Positions 39,080 through 51,518 of a stretch of DNA of 64,000 nt are shown in pieces; within the stretch, counting starts at the first letter, position 1, and each line of letters opens with the position of its first letter. The DNA comes from Catajapyx aquilonaris. Lineage: Eukaryota. The notes under the pieces are model-generated. The model ran no database searches. It saw only the letters and a list, made by a program, of their open reading frames with translations, and was not told where the DNA came from. Location: the NCBI GenBank assembly GCA_000934665.2, contig KZ538025.1, positions 1-64,000 on the forward strand, in the 5' to 3' direction. Made by a program: the position numbers and the translations under genes.

Positions 39080-42000
39080 CAAGTCATAACCCTCAGGGTG
39101 TCTCTTATAGGGGTGTGCCATACACGGTGGTGACCACCGGGGCAGGAACACCCCCGCCTGCTTTTAATGGCACCCCCGACACGCAATGACAAACCTAGAG
39201 GCGGCCGGCCATGATATTTAAGCTCCGGATTGCTTGTAATTGCCTGCTTAATTACGCTGGAGGTTAAAAGACAATCAGGAGAGCGGCGGGGGAGTCACAG
39301 CGCGAGTCTTGAATTATTGCGCTGCTTGGTTGGTGGGTTTTACTCTCCAGGGCCCCCCTTTTACGTGATGCTCACTTCCAATAAGGGGGGTATGGGTATG
39401 ATGAACGGCTGCACGTTCTAGGTGGTGCATGTTACCTGTGGTGGCATACCAGGGAGTGGCCCGGTTTTTCAGGGGGAGTAATGAAGTGTGTTTGACGTTC
39501 GGACTCCAAACATGAAGAAACACTTTGCTTGAAATAAAAGTTTGACATGCACCCTAAAAGTTGAGGGGTAAATTCTTGGAAGAGGTGGCTGTCAGATGTG
39601 CTTATAGTCTAGATGAAATCGGGGCAAGGGTGACCTTTGTATTGAACCGATGTAATGCGACAGTTAATCTCATCGCCACTAGAAGTTCCAGACGCGTTTT
39701 GTGGGTCTTTGGAGGATGACACTGAGTCAGAAGGAGTTGTCTGCCAGACTAATGTTTGACCAGGCATAAAACGGGCCTTTCGGGGGACTCTAAAATTGGA
39801 TTAATGAGCGCCGACATCGCCCCAAGATCGAATAAGCGTGATAAATTTAGGTTGCACTGGAGCGTTTTGTTAGCAGTAGGTGACACCGTGACTGAATTTC
39901 AAAGTAGGCTAACCAATGCTAAACATTATTCTAAAAATTGAAAATGAAACTGAGAGGTTATCGCGTTATCCTATGAATGGAGCTGAATTCGACATTAAGT
40001 CCGGCATTATTGTCTTTAAAACATGCATAAATTTTAAATCTGGCATAATGTTGAAAATGTTCAGGACGTTTTTTTTTTTGTAGCAACGAATATTATTGTT
40101 CCTACATATTATTGTTCCGATATTATAGAAAAGGTGCTGGTGCACATAATTTATTATTGTTTTAATATTCTGTAACTATGTAATGTGGATGTTTTGGTAA
40201 ATTTTTGTGCACATATTGGTCATATTTCAAGTAAGGTACGATTAAATATTAGTGACCACCAGATCTGACCATAACGGTACTAAAATCAACAATACATTAT
40301 TATTATTATTTAAAAACAACAAATATGCATAATTTATGACGACCTTTTCATTGCAAAGAGGTTTCATACAGTCATATTCCATAGTGTTATGTCATTGTTG
40401 CGAACATTTGTTCCCTCCTATAATGACAAATTCTACCAACGGACACACACTTTTTACACCTAATGGAAACAATTAAAACAGTGGAACATTACCACATCCT
40501 CTGCACACATCCTCAGCACCTGAGCAGCCATGAAGTTGGCATTACTGCCCAATCCTCCGGCAATAAAGACTCACCTCAAACGAGGTGCAAAGTAAGTGTG
40601 AAATAATCAAATAATCAAACAAAGCCTCCTGAATTACGCTAGGCAGGAAGCATCCCATTACCCATCCCACCAAACTTAATTCCATGCTCCTCCAAAGAAA
40701 AGATCACTCTGAAAAAAAAAAAAAAATCTAAAAAAGGAGCAGGTGTTAAAGCCTGTTCTTCGTAGTCTGGATCCAAATCTGAAGCCTCCCCTATTCCTCC
40801 CCATCTCCACGCCTCTTTAGCTCCCTCTTGGTCTGTACCATCATGATCAATTCGAGCTGTGTCCCTCTCTTGATTAATTAACTGTACCCCTGGAGCTCTA
40901 TCTCTAGCCGAGAGAGGGCGGGATGACGAGCAGCAGGAGGCGGGAAAACGGATTTTTCGGTCCGTCTGGAAGGAAGGACCCACCTGTGCAATGTTCAAAT
41001 TCCATGCCGATGAAGGGGTCCATTCGGTCGAAATTTGAGATCATGGCGGAAACGACGGGCGTGTTGAGATTCCAATCCCACCGTGACACCCGGTCGGAGT
41101 TCGTGGTTATAAAACGTAAATTGGTGTGGTGAAGCAATTGGCCAAAATGGCATTGTATTGTCCTTCCTTGGAGTCGTAAATTAACCACTAGCCAAAGGCA
41201 AATCCTGATAGCCAGATCTGTCGATATGGGGAAAAGCATAGGATTTTCAAGCTTATTTGTTCTCCTGTTTTGTATGGTATGAAACGTTAAAAAATAAAAA
41301 AAAAAGAGAATCTGGGTATGTCTGCCTCGCCCTACGAATTTTGATAAATTTTTTCTCCTTCAACAGACCCCCTTCTAGCTTCTCCCGTCAGTTTTTGCGT
41401 TTATTAGATTATCTCCTTCAAATTTCTCCAGCTGTGAGGTTGAAGTGTAACATATGACGAGGAGAAGGGGCCCGTCCACCGGGGACTCTCTCAGGGCTAC
41501 CACTTTCCAGAAGAGGCATTAATACTGTCAAGAGCTGTATGAAATTAATTCCACTGCCGAATCGGAAATAATGAGTTTGGAAATACGTAAGATACAGTTT
41601 GCATGTCTGATGATGGACATGTTGCATGCTGGTGAGTAATATCTGTATGGTAGGATATTAATATTCTAGTATTTATACGAACGTTTAACAAAAGTGTCGG
41701 TATCTCCCCAGGTGGAGTTTTTTCTCCAGCTAGTTTTAACCGATCCCATTGTTTATTGATATTTAGTATTGCTGTACACTTGAGTAGAGCACGCTGTGCT
41801 TGATGGCTTGGTACCCCTGGCGCCGCAATGCCCCCAACCGAGCGAATATTGCTGCCTGCTTGCCTACGTCCCATGGAGCGGATGTTATCCCACGTGCGAG
41901 GCCATTATTTTCATAATTTCTTTTCCCTGTTCTTGTTGAGCCAGCTTCTTGGCTGGAAGGCTGCCTGCTCCAAGAATATCTCCCGCTGGCCTACCAACAG

Positions 42001-45000
42001 CCACCTTCGGATAGGCGCAAAAGACATTTTTTCGCCTACTCAATTTCGCATTTTTCTGGTCCCCTGTTGTTGCTCATCTGCGCAGGTGTCATCACTTTCA
42101 TCCTGCTTTTGTGTAAAATGTACAAAAAAAATGTGTGTGTGGGAGTGACTTGAATGCTGGAATGGCACAGAAAACTTGGCTAATGGCACCGTATCCACCC
42201 CCGTGGCGGCACCACCCTCATCTCAGGGTGCCGGTGGGGAGTCCTCCCGAGGACGTCTCACGACCACAAACCATAGGACCTAGATCCGCCGCCAGCCACG
42301 TTGACCGCGATGCCTAAAGATAAAAAGGCCGATAGCATCTGTCAGATTCGCCCCCTCCCTCTCTCCTCTTGGGGCTCATCTGGCACCCCCGCGATCACTA
42401 TCTCTCTCCATGGTGTCCGAAGAGACGACGACGAAGGGGTAAGAACAAAAAAAAAAAGTATTGGTGTGTTGGCCCCAGGGCTTCTTCGTGAGGGTCTACC
42501 GCAGCCTTTCTCTCCAGGGCCCTCAAAAGGAGGAAATGGGTTCCGCGGGTAATTGCCCGTGAAATCTTGATTAGCACTCGACATTTTTTATGTTGACGGA
42601 TGTGCCAGACTTGTATTCGCGAAGCACGAATGGTGGACATTGCCGAATGAATGGCCTCACTGGTCAAAGTGCTCCGCCGGACTAGCAAGCACCGATCGAG
42701 GTGCTACTCTGTATATGGGCATGGTCCCCCCCATATAGTCTGGATTGCTTTTTTAAAATTTTATTAGAGGTCGGCTCCTTAAGAGACTTTTTTGTTGTTT
42801 TAGCACCGCCGGTTTATTGCAGGGCTATTTTGTCTTCATTTAGTTCCCGCCGTTTTGGTACATGTGAAACACGGGTCCGGGTACTGATTAATTGAAGGCT
42901 TGATTGTAAAAACAACAGGTGTCCAAAAGCATTAGAGAGTGAACCGTTATGGAGTGATGATGGCCCATCTGTGAGCGGCAACAATTGCGGGAGGTCTAAA
43001 AATGACTGAAGATAATGAGGTGAATCCAAAATGGACTCCGCACGTGCCTGCACAATTGTCCCACAATGCACATAGTTTCCTTTCATCCAAATGAAAAAAA
43101 AAGGCGTGCGTGTTAGATGCCAGTTGTGTGAGTGTGGAAAAGTGGTGGCATGGCAATGATCCGGCTAAACGTGAGCTAGGATAGTGGAACAAAAAGTCGC
43201 GGCAACGTCGGTGCTGGGACCACCCTCCTGTGTCACCGAAAGAGACAGGTCACGCCAGGGCCCATGAGCGGCCACCCGTGGCCCTCACGACCGCCCTCAT
43301 GCGGCCTGCCTGATGAATAGCTGTCGTTGCAATAACGACGGTGTAAATATGCTGACAATTGACAGTCGGCAAGAGCGGGTTTGAGGGAGGGATGAAAAAT
43401 GAAGCGGCTTCAAATGAATGGTAGAAGGAGAGGGGCAAAAAGAGAAGGTTTTTGAGTCAGAGAAGAGAGACCCCAACACCGCTGGGGATTCCTCATAAGG
43501 TATGCAGTAGCACACGGCAACTGTGACAACTTACGCAGGCCTGATGAAGGGCGCTCTTCGGGGACCATTGCTTGAAGGGGGGGAGAAATTCCGTTGCTGT
43601 CGTGGCTAAAGGAAAACATGTGGAATTGTGTAATCCACGGGTTGAATCAAGAACTGGGGAGGGGGGAGATGTGAAATGCCCTTTTGGTAGGAAACCGGTC
43701 CGAGGTTCCTCTACTTCCAATGGAGACACGGAGGATTCTTGTCGTAAATTGCGTCAACGGCCCCTGCCAGCACACCGCCAGAATTATATGCGGTGTCTCG
43801 GAATGTCGCGGATTGTGTATCAGGATTTGCCATGGTCATAAGTTGTTTCGAAGCATGGAGATTACCACACGCAGTAGTTGCTTTGTGTTCAAGAAAAAAC
43901 TCTGGGCACAAATATTTCTCAGATGTTTTCGGAGCAGTCGACACCGTGTCTCGAGCTCCCTTACAAAAGACCATGGAAGGTTGGAGATATTTTTGGAATG
44001 TCGTTGGGGAACGCTCCTGGACGTCGGTGAAGTATGACAAATATGGTGGACCTGGCGGGAGCCCGGCGGGTGGCGGACGGTACGATTGCTATTCATCATT
44101 TGATTGGAGAGCCATCAGCACCCTCCAAAGGGTCACGTTTGTCACGGCTCAAGTAGGAAATTTATGTGAATGAGGATTCCAGAATATGGTCTGAAACAAT
44201 GCTGGGCTGGTAGCTACATCTCCACATATGGTAAATGCGGAATTAACAATTTTCATCTAGACGTTTATTACCAGGACTGGACTATTCTGGAATTCCATCC
44301 TATTAATTTGGATGTGGGTAGGACTGTCCAGTTCGTTCGTTCCTCTGACGAAGATGGGGTAATATTTTGCTGTGATTTACAGGTCAGCTGCAAAGGCCTG
44401 TTTTCATCTCCTTAACCGGAGGTCAAAAATTGTAGACCTGCTCCTAGCGGCTGCCACCGCCTTTCGGTGGCATATATAAAATGCAGAAATTTGCGAGGAT
44501 ATCCATTGAATTTCGAAACACCAGAAGAGCACGTCAGAAAATTTATTTCAAAAATATCTGGTAGAACCGGAATGAATAACAGATCCTGTCGAAACTCAAG
44601 TTTCCCACACTTTTATCCAACCTCCAATTTGGACCTAAAGAGGATCAGGCGGAGAATTTAGGCGGATCTAAGAGAGACTCAAGCACGACTATAAAAGGCA
44701 CCGTGAAGGAAATGTTTTCCAGTGTGTGGGAGGAGACTCATTAGTCCTCAGCGATCTTCTTTATAACCGTCTCGTGCCGGAGCCTCATACTTCACACATC
44801 ATTGGCGAAGCGGCGAGGGACTCCAAAGTGCATGGGAAATAATAATGAAGGAAGGGTGGTGGGCAGCACGTGGAGGAAGAAGGGGTTAGCGTGAATCTTC
44901 TGGAGTAGTGTTTCTTCCTGCCGTTAGAATTAAATTGCTGGTGATAATAATTATGGCGGCCATATGCACGACTAGTATCATTCATTTTGGGGACGAAACC

Positions 45001-48000
45001 GACGAAATAGTCACTGCACCTGTATGTCTGGAATTTTTTGAGCATAAAAACCGTCGAGATTCATTGAGCAACAATTAGTGCTCCAAGCAATAATCTAGTC
45101 TCCCTGACTTTTATTACAGGGCTCCTCTCGTTAATTTGGCTACCTAACATAAACCTTATCTCAACTCCAATCTTAGCTGCACAGCATGGTTTCTTAGAGG
45201 GAACAGCTTTTACACTGAAAATATTATGACCTCATTGACATTACAAAATATTAATAAATACCCTCCATTGGAATGCTCAGTTTGATTTTTTTATGGCGCA
45301 GCTAATTTTTGGGCGGCAAACCAGTATATCACCCAAGCTCCAAATAGGCAGCATTGAGGCGGAGGAACCTCGAACTGACGAACACGAAAAGAAGTGTGCC
45401 TCTGGGCGAGGTCCCGAAGCACGAAGAGAGGTCCTGGTCGAGTTGGAGGAGCAAAGGGGGCTCCATATTTCCCCAGGAATTCGCACGGGAAAGCCTGCTT
45501 TCCCTTCTTCCCAATGCCTGGCAAGCCCCAGCAGGCATCACGACACGCCCCACCCCTTATAGCAAGTCTTTTTCTCCTCCCCCATACTCCTCCAACATCG
45601 AAGAGATGGGACTCACTTTGCAGGTAACCCGTTGGGGTCAAAAAGAGAGGATCAAGTTTTCTGGTTTTTGTGTCTGAGGAGATGTTTCCTCCTTGGGGGG
45701 CAATGCCAGGTCCGCTTCGGCCTCGTAAAGGATGGTCATCCGGAGCAGTTAAGATAAGGATTGATACGCCACTGTGGACACTTCATTTGGGTTTGAAAAG
45801 ACGTCTTCGATTACTCTGGTTGTATTGAACCCTAAGCGGGGGTGACGTAGATTGGGCGGGTCGGTTGACAAATGATCGTTTCGAGTCTCTTCTTGGAAGG
45901 TAACTCTTCTGGTAAGTGATACTGTACCAGTTTGTGGTCAACATTGGCTCTCGAAGTTAGAATTTTTCTTGGATCTGATAGACATTGAAGAGAAACACTT
46001 TTCTCATCATAATTAGTGGTCACTAAGCCGACAATGACATGTTTGTCGGCAAATTATTGGCCGTAATGAGGTATCTTAACCCACTTGGGTGGGCAGACCT
46101 TTTTGACAAGACTCGTACGTGTAAAGATTATCTAAGTAGTACCAGGCCATGATGGATAGCGCATTTTAAAACCACTCAATTCTGCTTGTACTCCTCATGC
46201 TGGCTCCTAATAATTTGAGGTAGGTGAGCTGCCAAGTGTGAGAGGCAAAGAGGTGTTACGTAGCAGGCAAAGGCATCTCTTCTTATTCTTCCTGGAGAGC
46301 GCCTGAGGGACAGCGGAACAAAGTGAACCTGGGCGCTTAACCTTTTTACCTTGACCGTTTGGGGCCGGTTCCCAAAGGGGTTTCAGATGACTTTCCTTTT
46401 GATTGGAGGTAAGCTGGAGGGGATGATTTGCTCATTGGGACTAGGAGGCCCCATCGGTGGCCTTTTGACTTCCAAGCACCCTCCGCTGCAGGCTGGTTCC
46501 CATCACTCCCATATTGACCCGACCCTTACCGCAATTACAATGTTGTCCCATGTACGTTTTGCACGTCTCCAAGAATCTCCGGATGGGAATTCCCCTCCGC
46601 AAAAAGCAGTCAGCTCAGCATTCCATGGCGGCCCATCCCATTAGCCAGTGACATCCGAAACATGTTTCTGACCATGACTGGCACACCCCGGGTTTTCCTC
46701 CACCTGTCGACAAGGGTCTCCCAAGCGCGAATGAAAAGCCGCCACCTCATCTTCCCCATCCTATGATGGGACACATGGAAATATCCTCCAGCATGCCTGT
46801 CACCTACGATGCCATGGACAAATGCAAGCAATCCGGGGCAGCAATTATAACCGATTCGTATCCAACCCTACTTCATTAATCAGCCAATCAACTTCCAACC
46901 GCGTGACGTCACCTCAGATTCCCCACTAACCTTTTGATGTTGAAATGAATGGTCCGCACCTACTGCTGAGATCAGAATCCACCGGAAAATCTTAGGAATT
47001 AGATGATTCATTCTGATATCACACCTGATAAGTCACATTTTTTTATAAAATAGAACAGTCAGGATTCAAAATGGCGTCCAGTGTCATTCGCAGCACCGGG
47101 GAACCCCCGCACTGTTTAATTTGCGACAACTGACTTTTTGGAATGGTTGGTAGGTACAGGGGAAGGTATAGACAAAAAAAATGAAGAGAATTTGAAGGTT
47201 CTTTCATCAGTTCTTCTGCAGACTCCTTGTCCGGGGCCAACATCAGAGCCTGAGCCGCCCGACGTTGATATATAAGGGAAGACCCTGTTACGTTACCCCC
47301 CGCTGAGTTCTTACGGTAGGAAGAGAGGGAGTCCTTACCCACTGGTAATTGGGAAATGCTTTATTTATGGCCACTGTCCCCCTTCTCTCACGGACCAAAA
47401 ACTGGGGAGAAGGTAGAAGACAGTTTGTCTTTACTGGAAAGAAGAGTGACTTCGTCAGGAATTGTTGGATGAAGTACAGACATGTTCAATTTGAGTACAG
47501 GATGGTCATGCAATTCTACACCAATGGCAGTACAGAATGACAGGAATGTCAGAAATAGCTAGGGGGTGTGCAATTTTTTCCGTAATATATAATTGGAGGA
47601 TATTGTCAACTTTCACTAATGGCGAGTGTTTAGTGCTAAAATTTATGACCTAATTTGGTCTTGGTTTGAACCCTTTGCCAGAGAGTGAATAATCATCGCA
47701 ACTGTAATATTAATGGTCCTATGGACCAAAGATTTATTTGTAGTTGCACCTGAGACTGGAAGTGAGTAATGTGGCTCATCATAACGCTATTGAATTCAAT
47801 TTTCCCACCTTGAAGTTACAACATTTTTGAGCATGTAAACAAATAAAGCTTCACTGTAATATGAAGCCATGAGAAGTGCAATACATATTATTGTAATTAT
47901 GGAAAATATAAGCCCAACATTTGTTAGAAGTCAATGTGAATATTTTTACATTTAGTATCCGAAATAATAGGATGCAGTAGCATAAATTCGTTAAAAAGAA

Positions 48001-51000
48001 AAGGTTTGTTTGGGCTTACCATTTGAGCGTAAATTACGTGGAAAGTTTGCCACGTCCCATGATAATGAAGCCCATTCTCATGAAGTTTACGATCATTATT
48101 CGATCCGTTCCGCGCTGCTTCTAAAATAAATTTTGGGTCCTCTCTCTTGTTCGTTAGCCGGTAGAACTAATGAAAAATTGAGACGGGCAAAGGAGATTTT
48201 TATACAGTATACTACTTCAGACGCAGGTAGTCCTGCGGAGTCGACCCCCAAAATGTATTTCCATTGGTGTCTTGACAAGAGCCAAAATATCAGGCACTTC
48301 TCCAACAAGCCATCTCAACCCTCCGCAACCATCACATTTTTGGCTCCTTAATAAATTGAAATTTCTATTAGGCAGAAGCCTCCATGGGCTTCCATTTTAA
48401 TGAAATGTCATTTTTTGTGCTTTAGTTCTGGGAGGCGTTGTTGACTCCTCAAGTAGAGGAGCTTCTCTCTCTTTTTTTTGTCTCCCCACGAAATGGTGAT
48501 GAATTAAAAATATACTATTTGATTTATTTCGCAGAATTGTCCAGTACATCACGCCTGTTAACCTCTCAAGGGTAGAGAGATTAGCAAGGTGGAAAGGGAA
48601 TTGAACCTAGATCCGCATAAATTCTTGGCCGCGTCCACAGTTGTTTTCAGTCCAAACCAGTTTTCTGACTCTTTTGCATGTACTGCAACACAATTTTATG
48701 TCAATTAATGTGTACAATCGAAATTGACTGAACTATAGTTAAGTTTTGACTGTACATGAATACGAAAAAATCTAATGAATTTGGTGAAGGAGTGGAATGT
48801 CACGCAAAGGTCAGTCAGTCCTTGAGACACTACTAGCAAGTGTTGAAAACTAGCTGAGATTATTCTATATTCCGATTACGATTCTATCCAAGGATCTCAT
48901 TTGCATCTTATGAATGAGTAGTTCTCACTAAGTTGTGAAGATACTGTAAAGGGTTGACATTATAAAATGCTTAGATTATCCTATTGTGCATCACCAACCT
49001 TGCCAATGTGTAGTAACTGGAACTACTTGAATTTCTTCTGCAATTTTAATTTGCATGTATTGTACATTTTATTAGTAATTAAATTATAATGGGGAGAAAT
49101 TTTGCTAATATCTTGGATACCTTTGAATATTTGCATATTGTAGCAAGCGAGAGTGTTTGTTTCATTATTTCTGAGCGTGTCCTGGCCGCCCACTGACGCT
49201 GCAGAATGAGAGGCGTTGGGCCGGCCTGTTTGGCCCATGGCGAGGAGCGTGCGTGCAACTCAGCTGGCCGAAGGTTCCACTTCATTGGTATGCAGGCATG
49301 TGCAGTACTGGATGATGGAGTTGGCCGCTTGCTTTGGAGTGGGAGTCCATAGGAAGAGAGGGGCTGGGGTGGATGCAGGATGGGGGAAATTTTTTGTTGT
49401 TGGCCATGTTGCACGATTGTAATGGGGATATCAGGGGCACAAAAAAGGGCTAATTATGAGATAAATTGTAGTGATTCAATAATATGTATATTAGTTCGCA
49501 TATTCAATGGCATTTTATGAATGTCAGCTTTGCGTTCTTGTACAACATTATATTACTATTACTTACTAAAATGAATCAGTATACATATGATATTGCTGAC
49601 GTAAATGTTTCCAAGTAATTATCTGATGGGAAAATTTTTTGTGTCCAAAATTGATTATGGACAGGACTAGACAGGAGCATTAAAAATTTTCAAGTTGTGT
49701 TTACTTCTGCGACCAACCACTTTTACAATAGTTTATTTGTTTATATGAATGGACAAATATGGCTACGCAGCATATATCAGTCCTCAGTGACACGACACGT
49801 GTAGACCTACCGCATAGAAAAGTCACTCCAGTCACTCCTCGCCCGAAAAGCGACAATGTTACGCCATAAAAGTCCGCCGTAACATCTTCTGAATATTTAC
49901 AATTGTCTTATTTTTGTTTACACTTTTGGGGGCGTGAAATAAACGTCATCGCCTTGTATCAGACTGCCAGGAAATTTGGCAACGTCTTGCAAGAGGCTTA
50001 TATATAAAAAGGGTGGACGGATGCCCGTGAAATATGGATTTGACCACGATTGACCACTTTTTTAGGTTTTTGGAATTTACTGATTAGCACATCGGTACAA
50101 AGAGCCTGAAAGAAATATCCAGAAAAATTGCGCGTAACATCCTGGTTGGAAACAATCGGATCTCTTTTGTATGACATTTATCTCTAGGCCCAGCCTGCAA
50201 ACGGTCGCCTGTTTGACCTTTAACCTCTTCAAGCCGCTCCTGGAATACCAAACGACTCTTCTTATGAATGGGAGAGCCCTGAAAGTGGGGCGTGTGAAAT
50301 GAGCGTCAGGTACGGTCCCGTCGTACTACTTGTAGGTAGTGGCTTGGAGTCTGACCTGTGAGGTCACGATGGCCGCCTCACCCTTGCCTTCAAGAGGTCA
50401 CCCCAGCCGCAATGGAACCTGTCCGCAAGGGATTTACGACCCCAATGGGCACGTGGACTCTTTTGGAATATATTTAGGGTGTGACACCCTGTGCTATTGC
50501 AGTGTTGGGAATAAGCTACATTATTTCCAACCCTATCCAGCAAATTAGCTATGCAAATGATTGGAGTGGATGGAAAAAAAAAAAGGTGCGCGTGGCCAGA
50601 CGCCGCTGGCCTTGCGCGTTCACAAGGCAAAAACTAAAACCGGCTCTCTTTTGCACTCTCTCCAACGCTATACCAACATGTTTTTTTTTTATCCAATCTT
50701 CCCAACGCAATATCCGTCAGGTCAGCCGCAGGTCACTTGCCGGCAGGTCACCAGATTTGTGACGCCGGATGGTGCCAAAGAGCATATAGGTGTGATAAAT
50801 GCCTCAAAATAAATTGGCCACAGTTTGCGCTGAAAATAACGACAGCCATGACATAATGGAGTGACGCTAAAGGAGCAATGAACACGCTGGGGTTTGAATG
50901 GTGAAAAATACCAAGAGGTGTCGGTTCACATTTGTCATCTTTCAACCGGTACCCAGATGATGAACGATGGTGATAAACGACATTGTAAGAAAGAATAGCC

Positions 51001-51325
51001 CTTCATTTCTCATCCAGCTGTAGGGTTAGACGTAATAACGCCAATACACAGGTAGATCGGATTTAGATGCTGGCCATGTAAGCTGCTTACGTCTGTTCCA
51101 GTCCGTCCAAAGAGCTTAGGAATTTACAACCTGTCTCCTGTTGGACGGTTTTACACCGCTTCCAAAAACCGAGAAGCGGACCTCCCACACTGGGTGGGAA
51201 TTTGCCGGAATTTGCTCTAACTTTTAATGACACTACAACAGGTAGGTGCCTGTGGTGACAAATGTAGTCACGACCACGATGCACCAGTGACCCCAGCTCA
51301 TTATCACTATCCTGTCCCCTGCACC

Positions 51326-51407
51326 GGATGGTGGTATTCCACTCAGCTGATTCCACTGCCCTAAGAGGGACTACGGAGAGAGAGAGGGGAGTGGAATACC
51401 ACCATCC
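51326..51407. repeat. Perfect 19-bp inverted repeat with 44-nt spacer
   Basis: GGATGGTGGTATTCCACTC (51326-51344) and GAGTGGAATACCACCATCC (51389-51407). Confidence 0.95.
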
Positions 51408-51461
51408 TAAAGTGGAAATTAGCCTCCTTATCACTAATCGTGAGGTAGATGCTAAATTGAG

Positions 51462-51518
51462 ATTCAGGTCTGCTAAGTTACTCATTATGCGAAATTCAGG
51501 TCTGCTAAGTTACTCATT
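51462..51518 (+). repeat. 25-bp direct repeat
   Basis: ATTCAGGTCTGCTAAGTTACTCATT at 51462-51486 and 51494-51518. Confidence 0.93.

Noticed and set aside
40639..46644. Many overlapping 60-130 aa ORFs in GC-richer blocks
   Set aside because: No recognisable domains, open on several frames and strands at once, often non-ATG starts; expected by chance in GC-richer non-coding DNA.
51441..51462. let-7-like TGAGGTAG (also near 46217)
   Set aside because: Only the 8-nt seed matches; the rest differs from let-7 and there is no precursor hairpin around it.
20402..51518. CRISPR-like arrays or prokaryotic operons suggested by the short direct repeats
   Set aside because: The repeats are two-copy tandem duplications without unique spacers, the DNA is eukaryotic (spliceosomal intron, SINE), and there are no cas-like ORFs.
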